A stretch of DNA of 64,000 nt from the IMG/VR virus record IMGVR_UViG_3300033688_000038, positions 29,341 through 93,340 of that record. One strand, given 5' to 3'. This stretch comes from a virus. A model generated the notes under the pieces. The model was given only the letters and a program-made list of their open reading frames with translations, made no database searches and was not told where the DNA came from. A program made the translations under genes and the position numbers. Positions 1 through 9,930 of the stretch are shown in pieces. Each line of letters starts with the position of its first letter. Position 1 is the stretch's first letter.

Positions 1-1
1 A

Positions 2-160
2 GCAGGAACTGAGCTTGTCTTCATAATGGAGAAAGCTAATACTAAGTTCCCCTTCGCCCGAAGACGTAAGGATGGAACGACTGCAAATCATGAAGAATGG
101 TTAACTAAAAACAATTTCCGTTACTGGATTCAAGGAGCATTTAACATTGAAGAATTATAA
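2..160 (+). CDS. C-terminal fragment of a T7 endonuclease I-like resolvase (5' end outside the window)
   Basis: My translation of the frame starting at base 2 gives AGTELVFIMEKANTKFPFARRRKDGTTANHEEWLTKNNFRYW...EEL*. The 'ARRRKDGT...H.EW..K.GF.W' pattern is recalled from phage endonuclease I homologues. Not in the ORF track. Confidence 0.6.
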   Translation, partial: AGTELVFIMEKANTKFPFARRRKDGTTANHEEWLTKNNFRYWIQGAFNIEEL

Positions 161-344
161 AGTAAAAGTTGGTACAGTATGCTGTTTTCCATCACATAAA
201 GAGATACTGTTTACAGTAATTAAGACCTATAAGTTAGGAAGTCTAAAATATGTAGATATTGTTGGTTTTGTTGAAAACTCTCATATGGTTGAAATTCCAG
301 AACTTAGACAAGGATGTTTGATCTATCTACCTGAAGTGGTGTAA
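147..344 (+). CDS. Hypothetical protein, 65 aa (TTG start)
   Basis: AAGGAG SD at 132-137; overlaps the upstream stop; followed by a terminator-like hairpin. Confidence 0.6.
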   Translation: MKNYKVKVGTVCCFPSHKEILFTVIKTYKLGSLKYVDIVGFVENSHMVEIPELRQGCLIYLPEVV

Positions 345-347
345 TAT

Positions 348-375
348 AAAGGGGCTTAGTGCTCCTTTCTTTTTA
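348..375 (+). terminator. Probable rho-independent terminator
   Basis: AAAGGGGC-ttagt-GCTCCTTT stem (one G-U pair) followed by CTTTTT. Confidence 0.5.
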
Positions 376-387
376 TGTGGAGGTTGT

Positions 388-570
388 ATGGATTTCGGAC
401 AAGTAATATTCTTATTAAAATGCGGAAAGAAGGTAAGAGTTCCAGAGTGGGCTGGTTACTGGAAGTTAGAGAGTGATAAGATTATGGTATATTGTCAGAA
501 TGAAGATGTAGTTGAAGCAACACATTTTCAAATTAATGTATTTCGTAATGACTGGGAAGAGGTTCTATAA
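388..570 (+). CDS. DUF2829 / Thoeris anti-defence 2 (Tad2)-like protein, 60 aa
   Basis: N-terminal 'MDFGQVIFLLKCGKKVRVPEW' and C-terminal 'FRNDWEEV' fit the family pattern 'M.FG.A...LK.GKKV.R..W ... D..A.DW..V'; GGAGG SD. Confidence 0.65.
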   Translation: MDFGQVIFLLKCGKKVRVPEWAGYWKLESDKIMVYCQNEDVVEATHFQINVFRNDWEEVL

Positions 571-962
571 TGGAAAAGATTACAATGAACATTGCAGCAG
601 CTAATATTAAAACTAAGACTTTTAGTTATGTTGGAACAACAACAATTTGTACTATTGAAATGATTAATGGTTGGAAGGAGGTTGGAACAAGTGATTGTGT
701 TAATCCTTCTGATTATGATATTAGTTTGGGAGAGAAATATTCACTTGAACAAGCTACAGTTAAAGTCCTAGAGAAGTTATCTTTCTTAGGTGTTGATAAG
801 CAGTATAACTTTGTAAAGAACAAGACACTGGCGAATCCAATATGGAATCTCTCTAGTGGTTTTGATTCGGTGATTACACCAGCTAACACTGTTATGTCAT
901 CTGGTAACTTTACTGGAACAATACAAACTCGGAATATTACACCAACACACATAGGTATCTAA
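570..962 (+). CDS. Gp49 (N4 gp49/Sf6 gp66)-family protein, 130 aa
   Basis: 'TTTICTIEMINGWKEVGTSDCVNPSDYDISLGEKYS' fits the family pattern 'T.C...L.NGF.V.G.SAC..P.NFD..IG...A'; coupled to the upstream gene by a TAATG overlap. Confidence 0.7.
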   Translation: MEKITMNIAAANIKTKTFSYVGTTTICTIEMINGWKEVGTSDCVNPSDYDISLGEKYSLEQATVKVLEKLSFLGVDKQYNFVKNKTLANPIWNLSSGFDSVITPANTVMSSGNFTGTIQTRNITPTHIGI

Positions 963-963
963 G

Positions 964-1002
964 AAAAAGGGAGCTTCCAGTAAAATGGTTGCTCCCTTTT
1001 TT
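964..1002. terminator. Bidirectional rho-independent terminator between the convergent + and - transcription units
   Basis: AAAAAGGGAGC ... GCTCCCTTTTTT inverted repeat with A- and T-tracts on both sides, exactly between the stops at 962 (+) and 1015 (-). Confidence 0.9.
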
Positions 1003-1014
1003 CGTCTAACTATG

Positions 1015-4000
1015 TTAATTATATGTATCTTTTACAATAGAAGAAGCATCTCTAGGAGAAAGTCCTTCATTATTGATAAGATTATTGTAATCCGCAACAG
1101 CCTCCTCACCTAATCTTTGGATTGGAAGAGGAATAGAACCCCTTCTTCTTTCCTCAGAAATATTCCTAGCAGCAGCGACCTCTTTAGCCTTTCTAGAATC
1201 AACTTCATCCTTAGAGGTAGGACCAAATAGTACACCTTCATTCATTTTAGGTTTAACAACATCATCAACGGTAGAAATATTATTATCCTTTACTTCATAA
1301 AGGACTTCCTTGGCATGTGTTAAAGATTCCTGAGCAGTAGCTACTCTACGAAGTGAGCCTAGGTGTTTAGTTAAACTTTTAGCAGCTTTAATATTCTCAC
1401 CTGATTTCTTAAAGCTCAAGAATTCCTTCATTTCACTAGCAGCATCTTTCTCTCCATTTTTGATAGCTTTCTCATAATTAGAAATATTACCATTCAAAGA
1501 TTTAAGATGTTTAGCCATAGTAACAGGGGAGCTACCTTTATTCAGTTTAATACCTAGTTCAATATTGCGCTCCCTTTCAGAGACAACAGCATCTAGGTTA
1601 GCCTCTACTTTCTTGTTAGCACTTTTAATAGAATCAACAATAGCATCAACATCAACATTAACCTGAGATATTTTATCTACTTTACCAGTTAATCTATCTT
1701 TGCTTAAATTAGATAAACGATCAAGTAAGGCAGTTCCGTTATTTGATGATAATACATTGTTAGTCATCTGACTAACTTTAGGAGATTGATTTTTAGTGGC
1801 TCCAGGAGAAGCACCCGAAGGTGCCTCCACTGGAGTTGTTGCTTCAACCTTAGCCACGGTACGCCTGTCTGTCTTCTTACGAGGAACAGGTGCTTTAGTA
1901 GGTGGTGTAGGTGGCTCATCATCAGGTGTTATCTCTTTTCTATCCATCTTTTTACGAGTGATAGTTGCTTTAGGTTTAACAGGCTCAGCTTTAATCTTAG
2001 GAGTAGTAAACTTAAGACCAGCATCACTTAAAGAGCCTCCAGCAAATTGAGTTTCCTCAGCAAGCTTCTTATTCTGTTGTGTAGCGAGTGCTGACATTCG
2101 TTCCTTGATCATATCTGCAGATAATGTAGGTTTAATATCTTCATCTCCATACACAGCAGAGCGTAGCACTTGATAAGATTTACCATAATCATCTCCATAT
2201 TTATTATTAGTGTTACTCCCTGCCTTATAAGCTAAAGATAAAGTATCCCTATCTCCTGTTGATAATAAAAGTTTTTGGTGATCTTTAGGGTCTAGTCCCA
2301 TACTAATCAACTCTTCACTTCTATCAACAGCTTTTTTAGTAGCACTAGAAATAGCCTCAAATACTTTAAGATTAGAGATATCATAACGATTAGTTAATTT
2401 CTCTGTACTCTTATTGATAGCTTTCAATCTACTATCCATCTCACGAAGAGATGATAGAGAACCACCAATACCACCAAAGTTCTCAATAATACTCTGAGTT
2501 AATTCCTCAATCTCCTGAGTAGTTAGTTTACGAACCTCCTCCTCTAAAATCTCCTCCTCTTTTGATTTAATCTCCTCTTGTTTAGAACTAATTTCATCTT
2601 CAACCTTCTTAATAGAAGCTTTTTCAGAATCAACCTTAGCATCAGCATCATTCATAAGTTTAGTCATCGCACTAGCAGAGTATGGTTCACTTCTTGGACT
2701 GAAGTGATTATCTAAGAATCGCTCCCTAGTTAATTCACTAGAATCTTTCATCTTATCCTTAATCACGTTCATTTGCTTTTCAAGAGCATCCAGGTTAGCA
2801 ATCTCATCATCACGTTTAGCAACAGCAGCTAATTTCTCAGCCTCTTTCAGAGACTTCACAGCTAACTTTTTATCAACATTAGTGATACGCTGATCTAAAG
2901 CACTAGCACTTTTCTGGAAATCTTCCAATGTTGCTTTCTTAGATTTAATAATTGCAAGCATGCCAGCTTCAGTTTTATGATGAAGCTTGATTGGTAATCC
3001 AGAGATCTCATCAACACGATTTTTCATCGACTCAAAAGCAGTAACTTGATTATTGTAATCTTTTTGAGCATTAGAAAGAGCAGCATTTTCAGCCTTAAGT
3101 TTATTATCAGCAACCTTACGAATCTGGGCTCTAATATTTGAAACTTTATCAGGACTTAATGCAAACTCATGAGGGTTAGTTTTATCAGAAATAATACCTT
3201 TAACTGATGGATCAGAATCAACACCTAAATCTTTAGCAAAAGAGGTCAACTGATTAACAGTATCACCAATAGGTTTCTTTTCATCACCTTTTAGTTTAGA
3301 GATCTCTTTCTGAGCATTAACTAATTTCTGGTTTAACTTACTGCGCTCTCGACTAATAGCAGTGGCAGCTTTCTCACCAGCACTTTTAGCTTTAGCTTGG
3401 TATGATTCAATAGTAGATTCAACTTTAGCCTCATTAATAGCTTTCTGAGCAGCAGCAGCACTATTCATTTTCTCTTTATGGAGACTAATAGCAGTAGCAG
3501 CCTTTTGGCCAGCCATCTTAGATTTAATCTTAGCAGCTTGTCTATCAATAGCATTTGTAGCTCTTTGCTCAACTAATTTAGCATTAGAAACTTCAGTTTT
3601 AGCTTTCTCTACATCCAGCTTAGCTTGATTAGCATCAGCTAGTTTTTGAGCACTATCATTATTAGCTAGTTTACGGATATCACCTAACACTTTAGTAATC
3701 TCCTTAGGAGACATACCTTCTTTAAGTGGACTAGTAGTACGGAATAATAAATCTTTAATAGCAGTATTTTCAGATTGATTCAACTGTGTAATATAATCAT
3801 TAAGAGTTGTAACGGTATCTTCTACCTTAGGTTTAGAAACTTCATTACCTTTGGCAATTAATTCTGAATCAAGAGTTTTAACTCGTTTATTAATCTCACC
3901 AAGAACTCTATTAACATCAGAACGTGACATCTCATCACCGAACGCAGTAGCAGCCCTTTGTATAATAGAAGTAAGTTCTTTATCAGAAGGTAGATCCAAA

Positions 4001-7000
4001 GTATCAACATATGAATTAATAGCACCAATACCATCAAAATCAGAAACAACATCAGGAATAACTTCACCTAAGTCAGCTTTATTCTGAGCCTTTAGTAATT
4101 CACGTCTAATTATAGTAGGATTAATCTTACTAAATTTATCTGCTTTATCAACACCAAGTGTACTCAATACATTACTTACAACCTTATCATCAAAACCTTC
4201 TTGAGATATATAAGATGTGATGGTATCCCAATCACGCTTAACAATACGCTCATTACGCTGCTCAGCAGACTCCTTAGTACCAACCTCTTTTCCAGATTTA
4301 GCATCTTGTAACTTCTCTTTAAGGGTAGCTATATCATTAGCATGCTTCTCTTTAAGATTATCAACCTTATCTTTAACACGAGTAAGAGTCTCCTTACCAA
4401 GTGCCTTAGCTTCCTCAGTTTTACGATCTTGTACGTTATGTACCTCACGGATAATCTTAGATTTGAAATCAGGATCTTGTGCTTTAACCTTAAATCCACC
4501 TAAAGATTCAATAGCTTCAGCTACCAAATCCTCATCAACATTTCTGCTTCGAGAAACTTGACCTAGCATCCTGTTATACTCTTCAATTTCTGCCTTCTTC
4601 TTAAGAAGCTCAGGCCTTGCAGCAATTCTATCAGAACTAAGAATAGGCATCTTTTCAATCTCAGCAATACGCTTAGACCTAGGGTCAGTATATTCTTTGA
4701 TGAAATCAGTTTTAGGCTTAGGTTCGATCACCTCAGGAGTAGGTGTAGGAGTGGGTTCGACCTTACTCACTAACTGGTCTAACTCTTCAGCCTCTTCATC
4801 TAAACGGGATTGTTTAGCTGCTTGCTCCTTCTCGTCAGACACTTTATCAGCTTTTTTCTTAGTATCAGAAGATAGGATTTTAAGTTTCTCTTTATCATTA
4901 ATTACTTTTAGATTAGCACGTTCCTCAGCCCTCTCAGCCATCTTAACAGCCTCTTCAGCATCATTGATAGAGTCTTCTGCCTTTTTAATAGCAGGCTTAG
5001 AAACTCCAAGAAGTGATCTACCCTTCTCAGCTATAGCTAAATCATTAGTAGCTGATACTAATGAATTAGTAGCTTCCTCTAGTGTGGATTCAGCCACCTT
5101 AGCTTCTCTTTCAGATTTAATTAAAACATCTTTAGCATCTTCAATTTCTTTAGATTTAGCATCAGCCTCACGGATTTCTTTAGCTCTTTGTTTAATAAGA
5201 TTAGACTCAACAATATCAGATGATTTTTGTCTAATATTAGAAGATAGAATCTTTAACTTCTTCTCCTTCTGCTCAGCCTTAACCTTTGTTGATTGTACAG
5301 CTTTTTTAGCAGCCTCTTCTGCTTTTTTAGCAACTTCAACATCAACCTCAGCCTTGATCATATCAGCTTCAGCTTTATCAACAGACGGCTTAGATACACC
5401 CAACATCCCACCACTTTTAGCAACTGACACTTTATCTTTAGCATCCAATACAGCCTTTTCAGCAGCAGCTAATTTATCAGATGCAACCTCAGCATCTTTT
5501 TTAGCCTTAGTGTGATTAGCAGCAGTATCACGAGCAGAATCTTGAGCAGCTCTTAACTTCACAGCAGGATTAATAGATGAAGGTAATTTTTCTGTCTTTG
5601 TATTCTTTTTAATCTTATCTTCTTCTATTTGTTTTTGTAAATCTTTAAGATCATTACGAGCTTGCTTAGCATCTTCATTTGCTATCTCAACAGCCTTGGT
5701 GGATTCACTATTATCAGACTTAGCTGATTCAAAATCCTCCTCAGCTTTTTTAATAGCAGGTTTAGATGTACCAAGTACAGGGCTACCTTTCTTAGCAACA
5801 TCAAGAGCATCACTAGCTTTATTCTCAATCTCTTGAGATAATTTAGCATCTTTCTTAGCTTGGGCTAATGCTAAATCAGCTTTATGTGCAGCATCTCTTG
5901 ATTCCTTTAGTTTAGTTGCAGGATTAGAGGTAGCTAGTAATTTAGATTGCTGTTTAATAATCTCCTTAATCTCTTTAGGTGTAATCTTTTCAGCACCTAA
6001 TGATTTCTCATAAGCAATTTCTTTAGCTATTTGAGATAACTCAGCATCTGTCAGACCAGACTCAACCTTACTCTTAGGTAGACGGTTAATAAGTGAAGTT
6101 GCATGGGTTTTTAAAGATTCAATATCTTTACTAGTAGCAATAGCTGAATCTCTTTGTACTTGAGCATCTGCCTCAGCTTGAGCCTTATTAGCAACATCAA
6201 CTTCAGCTAAAACCTTCTCAGCTTCATCACGCTTAAGATTAGCACGCCTCTGAGCAGGTGTTTCACTGAACACTGGAACTGGTTTACTTGTAGTATTTGT
6301 TGTTTGAACAGGAGATACCTCTTCTACAACAACCTCAGGTTTTGTATCAACCTTTTTAGGTTCAGGAGCTTTATCTACATAGAACTTAACACGTTCATTA
6401 ACAAGATCAACAGCAACTGAATCAGGTACATCCAATTCAATAGGTAAATCAGCTTTAATCTCTTCAACAACCTCTGCAACCATCTCCTCATCAACAATAC
6501 GATCTTTGAATTTATCAGGAAACTTAGCAATAAGTCGAGTATCAACTAATTTACGAACAATAGCAGCATCCTCAGCAGCAGAAGGATCAACACCTTCATC
6601 AATCATTGCTTGTACTTCTTTATCAGATGGCTTCTTGATATGTAAGTAACGAGTTAAAGGCTTCTCTTCACTCATAACTTGATTAAATGCTTGTTCAGGT
6701 TCAACACCACTATCTACCAATTCCTGGATCTCAGCATCTTGAGCCTCAATCTTTCTAGGAGTAGACATACTTCGGAACATGCCCTTCTTAGTTAACTCTT
6801 TCTCTTTCTCAGCAGATAATTCACTATCTAAAACTTCTTGCTCAGCTAATCTATCAACCTCTAATTCTGTAGCATCTAAAGCAGCACTATCAGCAGCAAT
6901 AGAATCTGCTTCCGCTTGAGCAATAGCTCTCATTTCTGAAGGATTCATGACTGGTTTCACAGCACTTAGCGGTTCAGTCGTAGATTGGATGACCTCTTCT

Positions 7001-9912
7001 TCTGGAATAAAATTAGCCTCAGCCTCTTCTCCCTCACGAGATAATCTAGCCTCTTCTTCAAGGACAGATTGCTCAGCTTTAGAAGCAGCAATATCACTAG
7101 GAGTTCTAGTAGGACCACTGATGATACGGAAGTCAACAGCTTCTGCAATCTCAGAGTCAGTAGCTTCTTTACCCATACTTTCAAGCTCAACTTTAGTATC
7201 AGAAATAAGCTCAGACTGAGATGCCTTAGGTTTACGAGCAAGAGCAGTAGATACGGCTCTATCAGTATTACTTGTATAACCTTCAACTTGGTTTATCATA
7301 GCCTCAATTTGAGGATTAGAGACTTGAATACCTTTAGACTCAAGAGTATCACCAATAATATCAACTTTCTCAGTGAAAGAGACACTAGTAGGTAAATCAC
7401 TAACAAGATCTGTTACAGTAGAACTAATAGTTTGTGTTTCATTAGCAATTTCTTCAGACTGAACATCTTCAAACGCTTGATCACGGATAGGCTCAACAGG
7501 TTCATTAGGTACTTGCTCAGGACGCATAGGTTGACGTAGAATTTCTTGGTCAGGTAATGCACGCTTAACTAACTCTTCCGAACTCATGATTTCAGGCTCG
7601 ACTGGAGTAGGTCTTTGTGGAATACTAGACATATCTGTAGCACTAATACCAGTAGGTACTTCAGGGGTAATCTCTTGAGGTGTAATTTGTTCAGGTTCGA
7701 TCATTGGTGAATCTTCAATAAATGGAACTTCTTGACGAGGAGTAGCAGTACCTAGTTGAGGACCAGCACCAACACCAGCATTATTACGAGCAATGATTTC
7801 ATCTTGCTTACGAACTACATCACTAACATTAATTGGAGAACCATACTCAACACCTAGTTCCTCAAATGCTTGCATTGTAATCCTTGGATCTACTTTCTCT
7901 TGTTTATTGATAGAATCTAAGTATCTGTAACGTTGAGCACTTGCTTGTTGATCAAGCTGAGGAGCATTATACTCTGGGGTACTTGCGGTAGAGCCTACGA
8001 TGGGTGTATCCATTCCCCCTAAATTGACACCATCAGCCTGTAGAGATACTGCACTAGCAGCAGTAGCACCATCACCATCTGAATTAGAGAGAGCAATCTC
8101 AGCAGCCCTTGTAGCATCTTGTACAGAAGTGTCAGGAGCAGCAGGACGTTGGATTGGACGTTGAGCCATCTCACGAGCACTGGTAAGACTATCTCTTAAA
8201 GATCTACCCTCTTCTTTAGCATTCCTAATTTTACGTTGTGAGCGTAACCCGCCAACTAAACCAGCAACACCCTCTGCTGACTTCTTAGCAGCAACAGCTG
8301 GAATACCTCCACCAATACCCCACATGATATCACCAGACGTCCATGAAGAACGCTTTTCACCACGAGTAGCATCGATTGATTGGTGAAAGCCAGGGAAAGT
8401 TTTAGTAAGAATCTGCTCCATACTACTTACAGTGTAAATATCTTTCATTGGATTGAAAGAGCCATTAACACCTTTTAATTTATCAAGAATACCTAAATCA
8501 GCAGCAGCCTCCATTGCCATTTTTGAGTAATTCTCAATAGCATCAAAGTTGTCAACCTTATGTCCACCGATATTACTATCCATAGTTCCTTTTAAGGCAC
8601 CTAGCGCTTTGGTTAGCTGAGTTGCCATCTCACCTTTACCTTCAACTTTTGCCCTAGCAGCAGCTTCCATAGCAATAGAGATGTTTGTATCATAAATACC
8701 GCGAGCCTTACCTAGTGCAGATTTACCTTTTTCTTGTACGTGTCGGTTATAAGACGCAGCAGTTTCCATACGGTCTTGTGCTTTACCATTGTTAAACAAA
8801 GTGCCACGACCTTTAGCGATCTCACGACCCATCTCATCCATTTTAGATTTATTCAAACCTAAAGCAGCTTCACCAAAATTAAAACCATTAGCGGCTCCAT
8901 CTAGGTTAAAGTTAAAAGATGATTGGTTTAAATCAACATCACTTAAAAGATCTACTGCATCAAGGGTAGCACTGTACATACCTTTGTCTTTTGTAAATCG
9001 AATATTCTCAGAGATAGCAGCATTCAACTCTTCTGGAGTTGTAGCTTGATTCATACGATTATATTGATCATAATTGACATTTTCAAACTCAGTCATATTA
9101 TCCATCATTTCATCGTTCATCTTCACACCGTATTTATTCTGAATACGACTTTGACCTTGAACAGAGTTTTCACCACCTTTATTAAAGGGGATTTGACTAG
9201 CCTTACTTAATCCAGCCAACGAACGACCAGCTACAACAGAACCAGCAACACCCATTCCAAGATCTTGATCCCAATCATTTCCCACAGCCAAATTAGAAGC
9301 AATGGTATGCCCAGCACCACTAGCACCTTCACCAGCAATATTACCAGCTTGACGAGCTAGGAAAGGTGTAGCTTTTGTAGGAAGAATACGACCAACTGTA
9401 GCATCAAAAATACCAGCACCAATGGCAGCAGGAGCAGCACTAGCTGAATTATAATCCTGACCCATTTCTTGTTGACGAACTAAAATATCACCATATTCAG
9501 ACGCAGCACCAGAACCAAATGCAGCAGCAGCACGAATAGGGGCAGAACCTGGAATAAACATTGAAGCAATTTCAGGAACAGCTTGAGTAGCCATAGATGC
9601 AACTTGACCGACCATACCTAGGTCTTTTTCTTCTTGTTGAGCACGAGTGATGTGTTCAAGAGCTCTAGATTTACGGTAACGACTATAATCCTCGTCACCA
9701 CCAGCACTACCAAGCTCACTTAATGCAGCATTTAACCTAGAACCTAGACGCTCACCACCAGCACTAATACCAGCTCCAGCATCTTCGAAAAATCCTTTCT
9801 CTTGTTTCTGAGGCTCTTGTGGAGCCCCTTGCGGGGCTACTCCTTGTGTACCATTTACACCATTCAACTCATCTAATCTTGACTGATCTGTTATCTGCGT
9901 AAAACCTTCCAT
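1015..9912 (-). CDS. Giant internal virion (DNA ejection) protein, 2965 aa
   Basis: Last gene of the late operon; Gly/Ala-rich hydrophobic N-terminal region typical of podovirus ejection proteins, then long Lys/Glu/Ala-rich helical stretches; GGAG SD. Confidence 0.7.
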   Translation of the reverse strand: MEGFTQITDQSRLDELNGVNGTQGVAPQGAPQEPQKQEKGFFEDAGAGISAGGERLGSRLNAALSELGSAGGDEDYSRYRKSRALEHITRAQQEEKDLGMVGQVASMATQAVPEIASMFIPGSAPIRAAAAFGSGAASEYGDILVRQQEMGQDYNSASAAPAAIGAGIFDATVGRILPTKATPFLARQAGNIAGEGASGAGHTIASNLAVGNDWDQDLGMGVAGSVVAGRSLAGLSKASQIPFNKGGENSVQGQSRIQNKYGVKMNDEMMDNMTEFENVNYDQYNRMNQATTPEELNAAISENIRFTKDKGMYSATLDAVDLLSDVDLNQSSFNFNLDGAANGFNFGEAALGLNKSKMDEMGREIAKGRGTLFNNGKAQDRMETAASYNRHVQEKGKSALGKARGIYDTNISIAMEAAARAKVEGKGEMATQLTKALGALKGTMDSNIGGHKVDNFDAIENYSKMAMEAAADLGILDKLKGVNGSFNPMKDIYTVSSMEQILTKTFPGFHQSIDATRGEKRSSWTSGDIMWGIGGGIPAVAAKKSAEGVAGLVGGLRSQRKIRNAKEEGRSLRDSLTSAREMAQRPIQRPAAPDTSVQDATRAAEIALSNSDGDGATAASAVSLQADGVNLGGMDTPIVGSTASTPEYNAPQLDQQASAQRYRYLDSINKQEKVDPRITMQAFEELGVEYGSPINVSDVVRKQDEIIARNNAGVGAGPQLGTATPRQEVPFIEDSPMIEPEQITPQEITPEVPTGISATDMSSIPQRPTPVEPEIMSSEELVKRALPDQEILRQPMRPEQVPNEPVEPIRDQAFEDVQSEEIANETQTISSTVTDLVSDLPTSVSFTEKVDIIGDTLESKGIQVSNPQIEAMINQVEGYTSNTDRAVSTALARKPKASQSELISDTKVELESMGKEATDSEIAEAVDFRIISGPTRTPSDIAASKAEQSVLEEEARLSREGEEAEANFIPEEEVIQSTTEPLSAVKPVMNPSEMRAIAQAEADSIAADSAALDATELEVDRLAEQEVLDSELSAEKEKELTKKGMFRSMSTPRKIEAQDAEIQELVDSGVEPEQAFNQVMSEEKPLTRYLHIKKPSDKEVQAMIDEGVDPSAAEDAAIVRKLVDTRLIAKFPDKFKDRIVDEEMVAEVVEEIKADLPIELDVPDSVAVDLVNERVKFYVDKAPEPKKVDTKPEVVVEEVSPVQTTNTTSKPVPVFSETPAQRRANLKRDEAEKVLAEVDVANKAQAEADAQVQRDSAIATSKDIESLKTHATSLINRLPKSKVESGLTDAELSQIAKEIAYEKSLGAEKITPKEIKEIIKQQSKLLATSNPATKLKESRDAAHKADLALAQAKKDAKLSQEIENKASDALDVAKKGSPVLGTSKPAIKKAEEDFESAKSDNSESTKAVEIANEDAKQARNDLKDLQKQIEEDKIKKNTKTEKLPSSINPAVKLRAAQDSARDTAANHTKAKKDAEVASDKLAAAEKAVLDAKDKVSVAKSGGMLGVSKPSVDKAEADMIKAEVDVEVAKKAEEAAKKAVQSTKVKAEQKEKKLKILSSNIRQKSSDIVESNLIKQRAKEIREADAKSKEIEDAKDVLIKSEREAKVAESTLEEATNSLVSATNDLAIAEKGRSLLGVSKPAIKKAEDSINDAEEAVKMAERAEERANLKVINDKEKLKILSSDTKKKADKVSDEKEQAAKQSRLDEEAEELDQLVSKVEPTPTPTPEVIEPKPKTDFIKEYTDPRSKRIAEIEKMPILSSDRIAARPELLKKKAEIEEYNRMLGQVSRSRNVDEDLVAEAIESLGGFKVKAQDPDFKSKIIREVHNVQDRKTEEAKALGKETLTRVKDKVDNLKEKHANDIATLKEKLQDAKSGKEVGTKESAEQRNERIVKRDWDTITSYISQEGFDDKVVSNVLSTLGVDKADKFSKINPTIIRRELLKAQNKADLGEVIPDVVSDFDGIGAINSYVDTLDLPSDKELTSIIQRAATAFGDEMSRSDVNRVLGEINKRVKTLDSELIAKGNEVSKPKVEDTVTTLNDYITQLNQSENTAIKDLLFRTTSPLKEGMSPKEITKVLGDIRKLANNDSAQKLADANQAKLDVEKAKTEVSNAKLVEQRATNAIDRQAAKIKSKMAGQKAATAISLHKEKMNSAAAAQKAINEAKVESTIESYQAKAKSAGEKAATAISRERSKLNQKLVNAQKEISKLKGDEKKPIGDTVNQLTSFAKDLGVDSDPSVKGIISDKTNPHEFALSPDKVSNIRAQIRKVADNKLKAENAALSNAQKDYNNQVTAFESMKNRVDEISGLPIKLHHKTEAGMLAIIKSKKATLEDFQKSASALDQRITNVDKKLAVKSLKEAEKLAAVAKRDDEIANLDALEKQMNVIKDKMKDSSELTRERFLDNHFSPRSEPYSASAMTKLMNDADAKVDSEKASIKKVEDEISSKQEEIKSKEEEILEEEVRKLTTQEIEELTQSIIENFGGIGGSLSSLREMDSRLKAINKSTEKLTNRYDISNLKVFEAISSATKKAVDRSEELISMGLDPKDHQKLLLSTGDRDTLSLAYKAGSNTNNKYGDDYGKSYQVLRSAVYGDEDIKPTLSADMIKERMSALATQQNKKLAEETQFAGGSLSDAGLKFTTPKIKAEPVKPKATITRKKMDRKEITPDDEPPTPPTKAPVPRKKTDRRTVAKVEATTPVEAPSGASPGATKNQSPKVSQMTNNVLSSNNGTALLDRLSNLSKDRLTGKVDKISQVNVDVDAIVDSIKSANKKVEANLDAVVSERERNIELGIKLNKGSSPVTMAKHLKSLNGNISNYEKAIKNGEKDAASEMKEFLSFKKSGENIKAAKSLTKHLGSLRRVATAQESLTHAKEVLYEVKDNNISTVDDVVKPKMNEGVLFGPTSKDEVDSRKAKEVAAARNISEERRRGSIPLPIQRLGEEAVADYNNLINNEGLSPRDASSIVKDTYN

Positions 9913-9930
9913 TTTAACTCCTAAAAATAA

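Noticed and set aside
4217-7395. + strand ORFs opposite the giant ejection gene (e.g. 4697-5515, 272 aa)
   Set aside because: Antisense shadows: Ser/Leu-rich translations expected from K/E/A codons on the other strand, no SD, and opposite to the operon.
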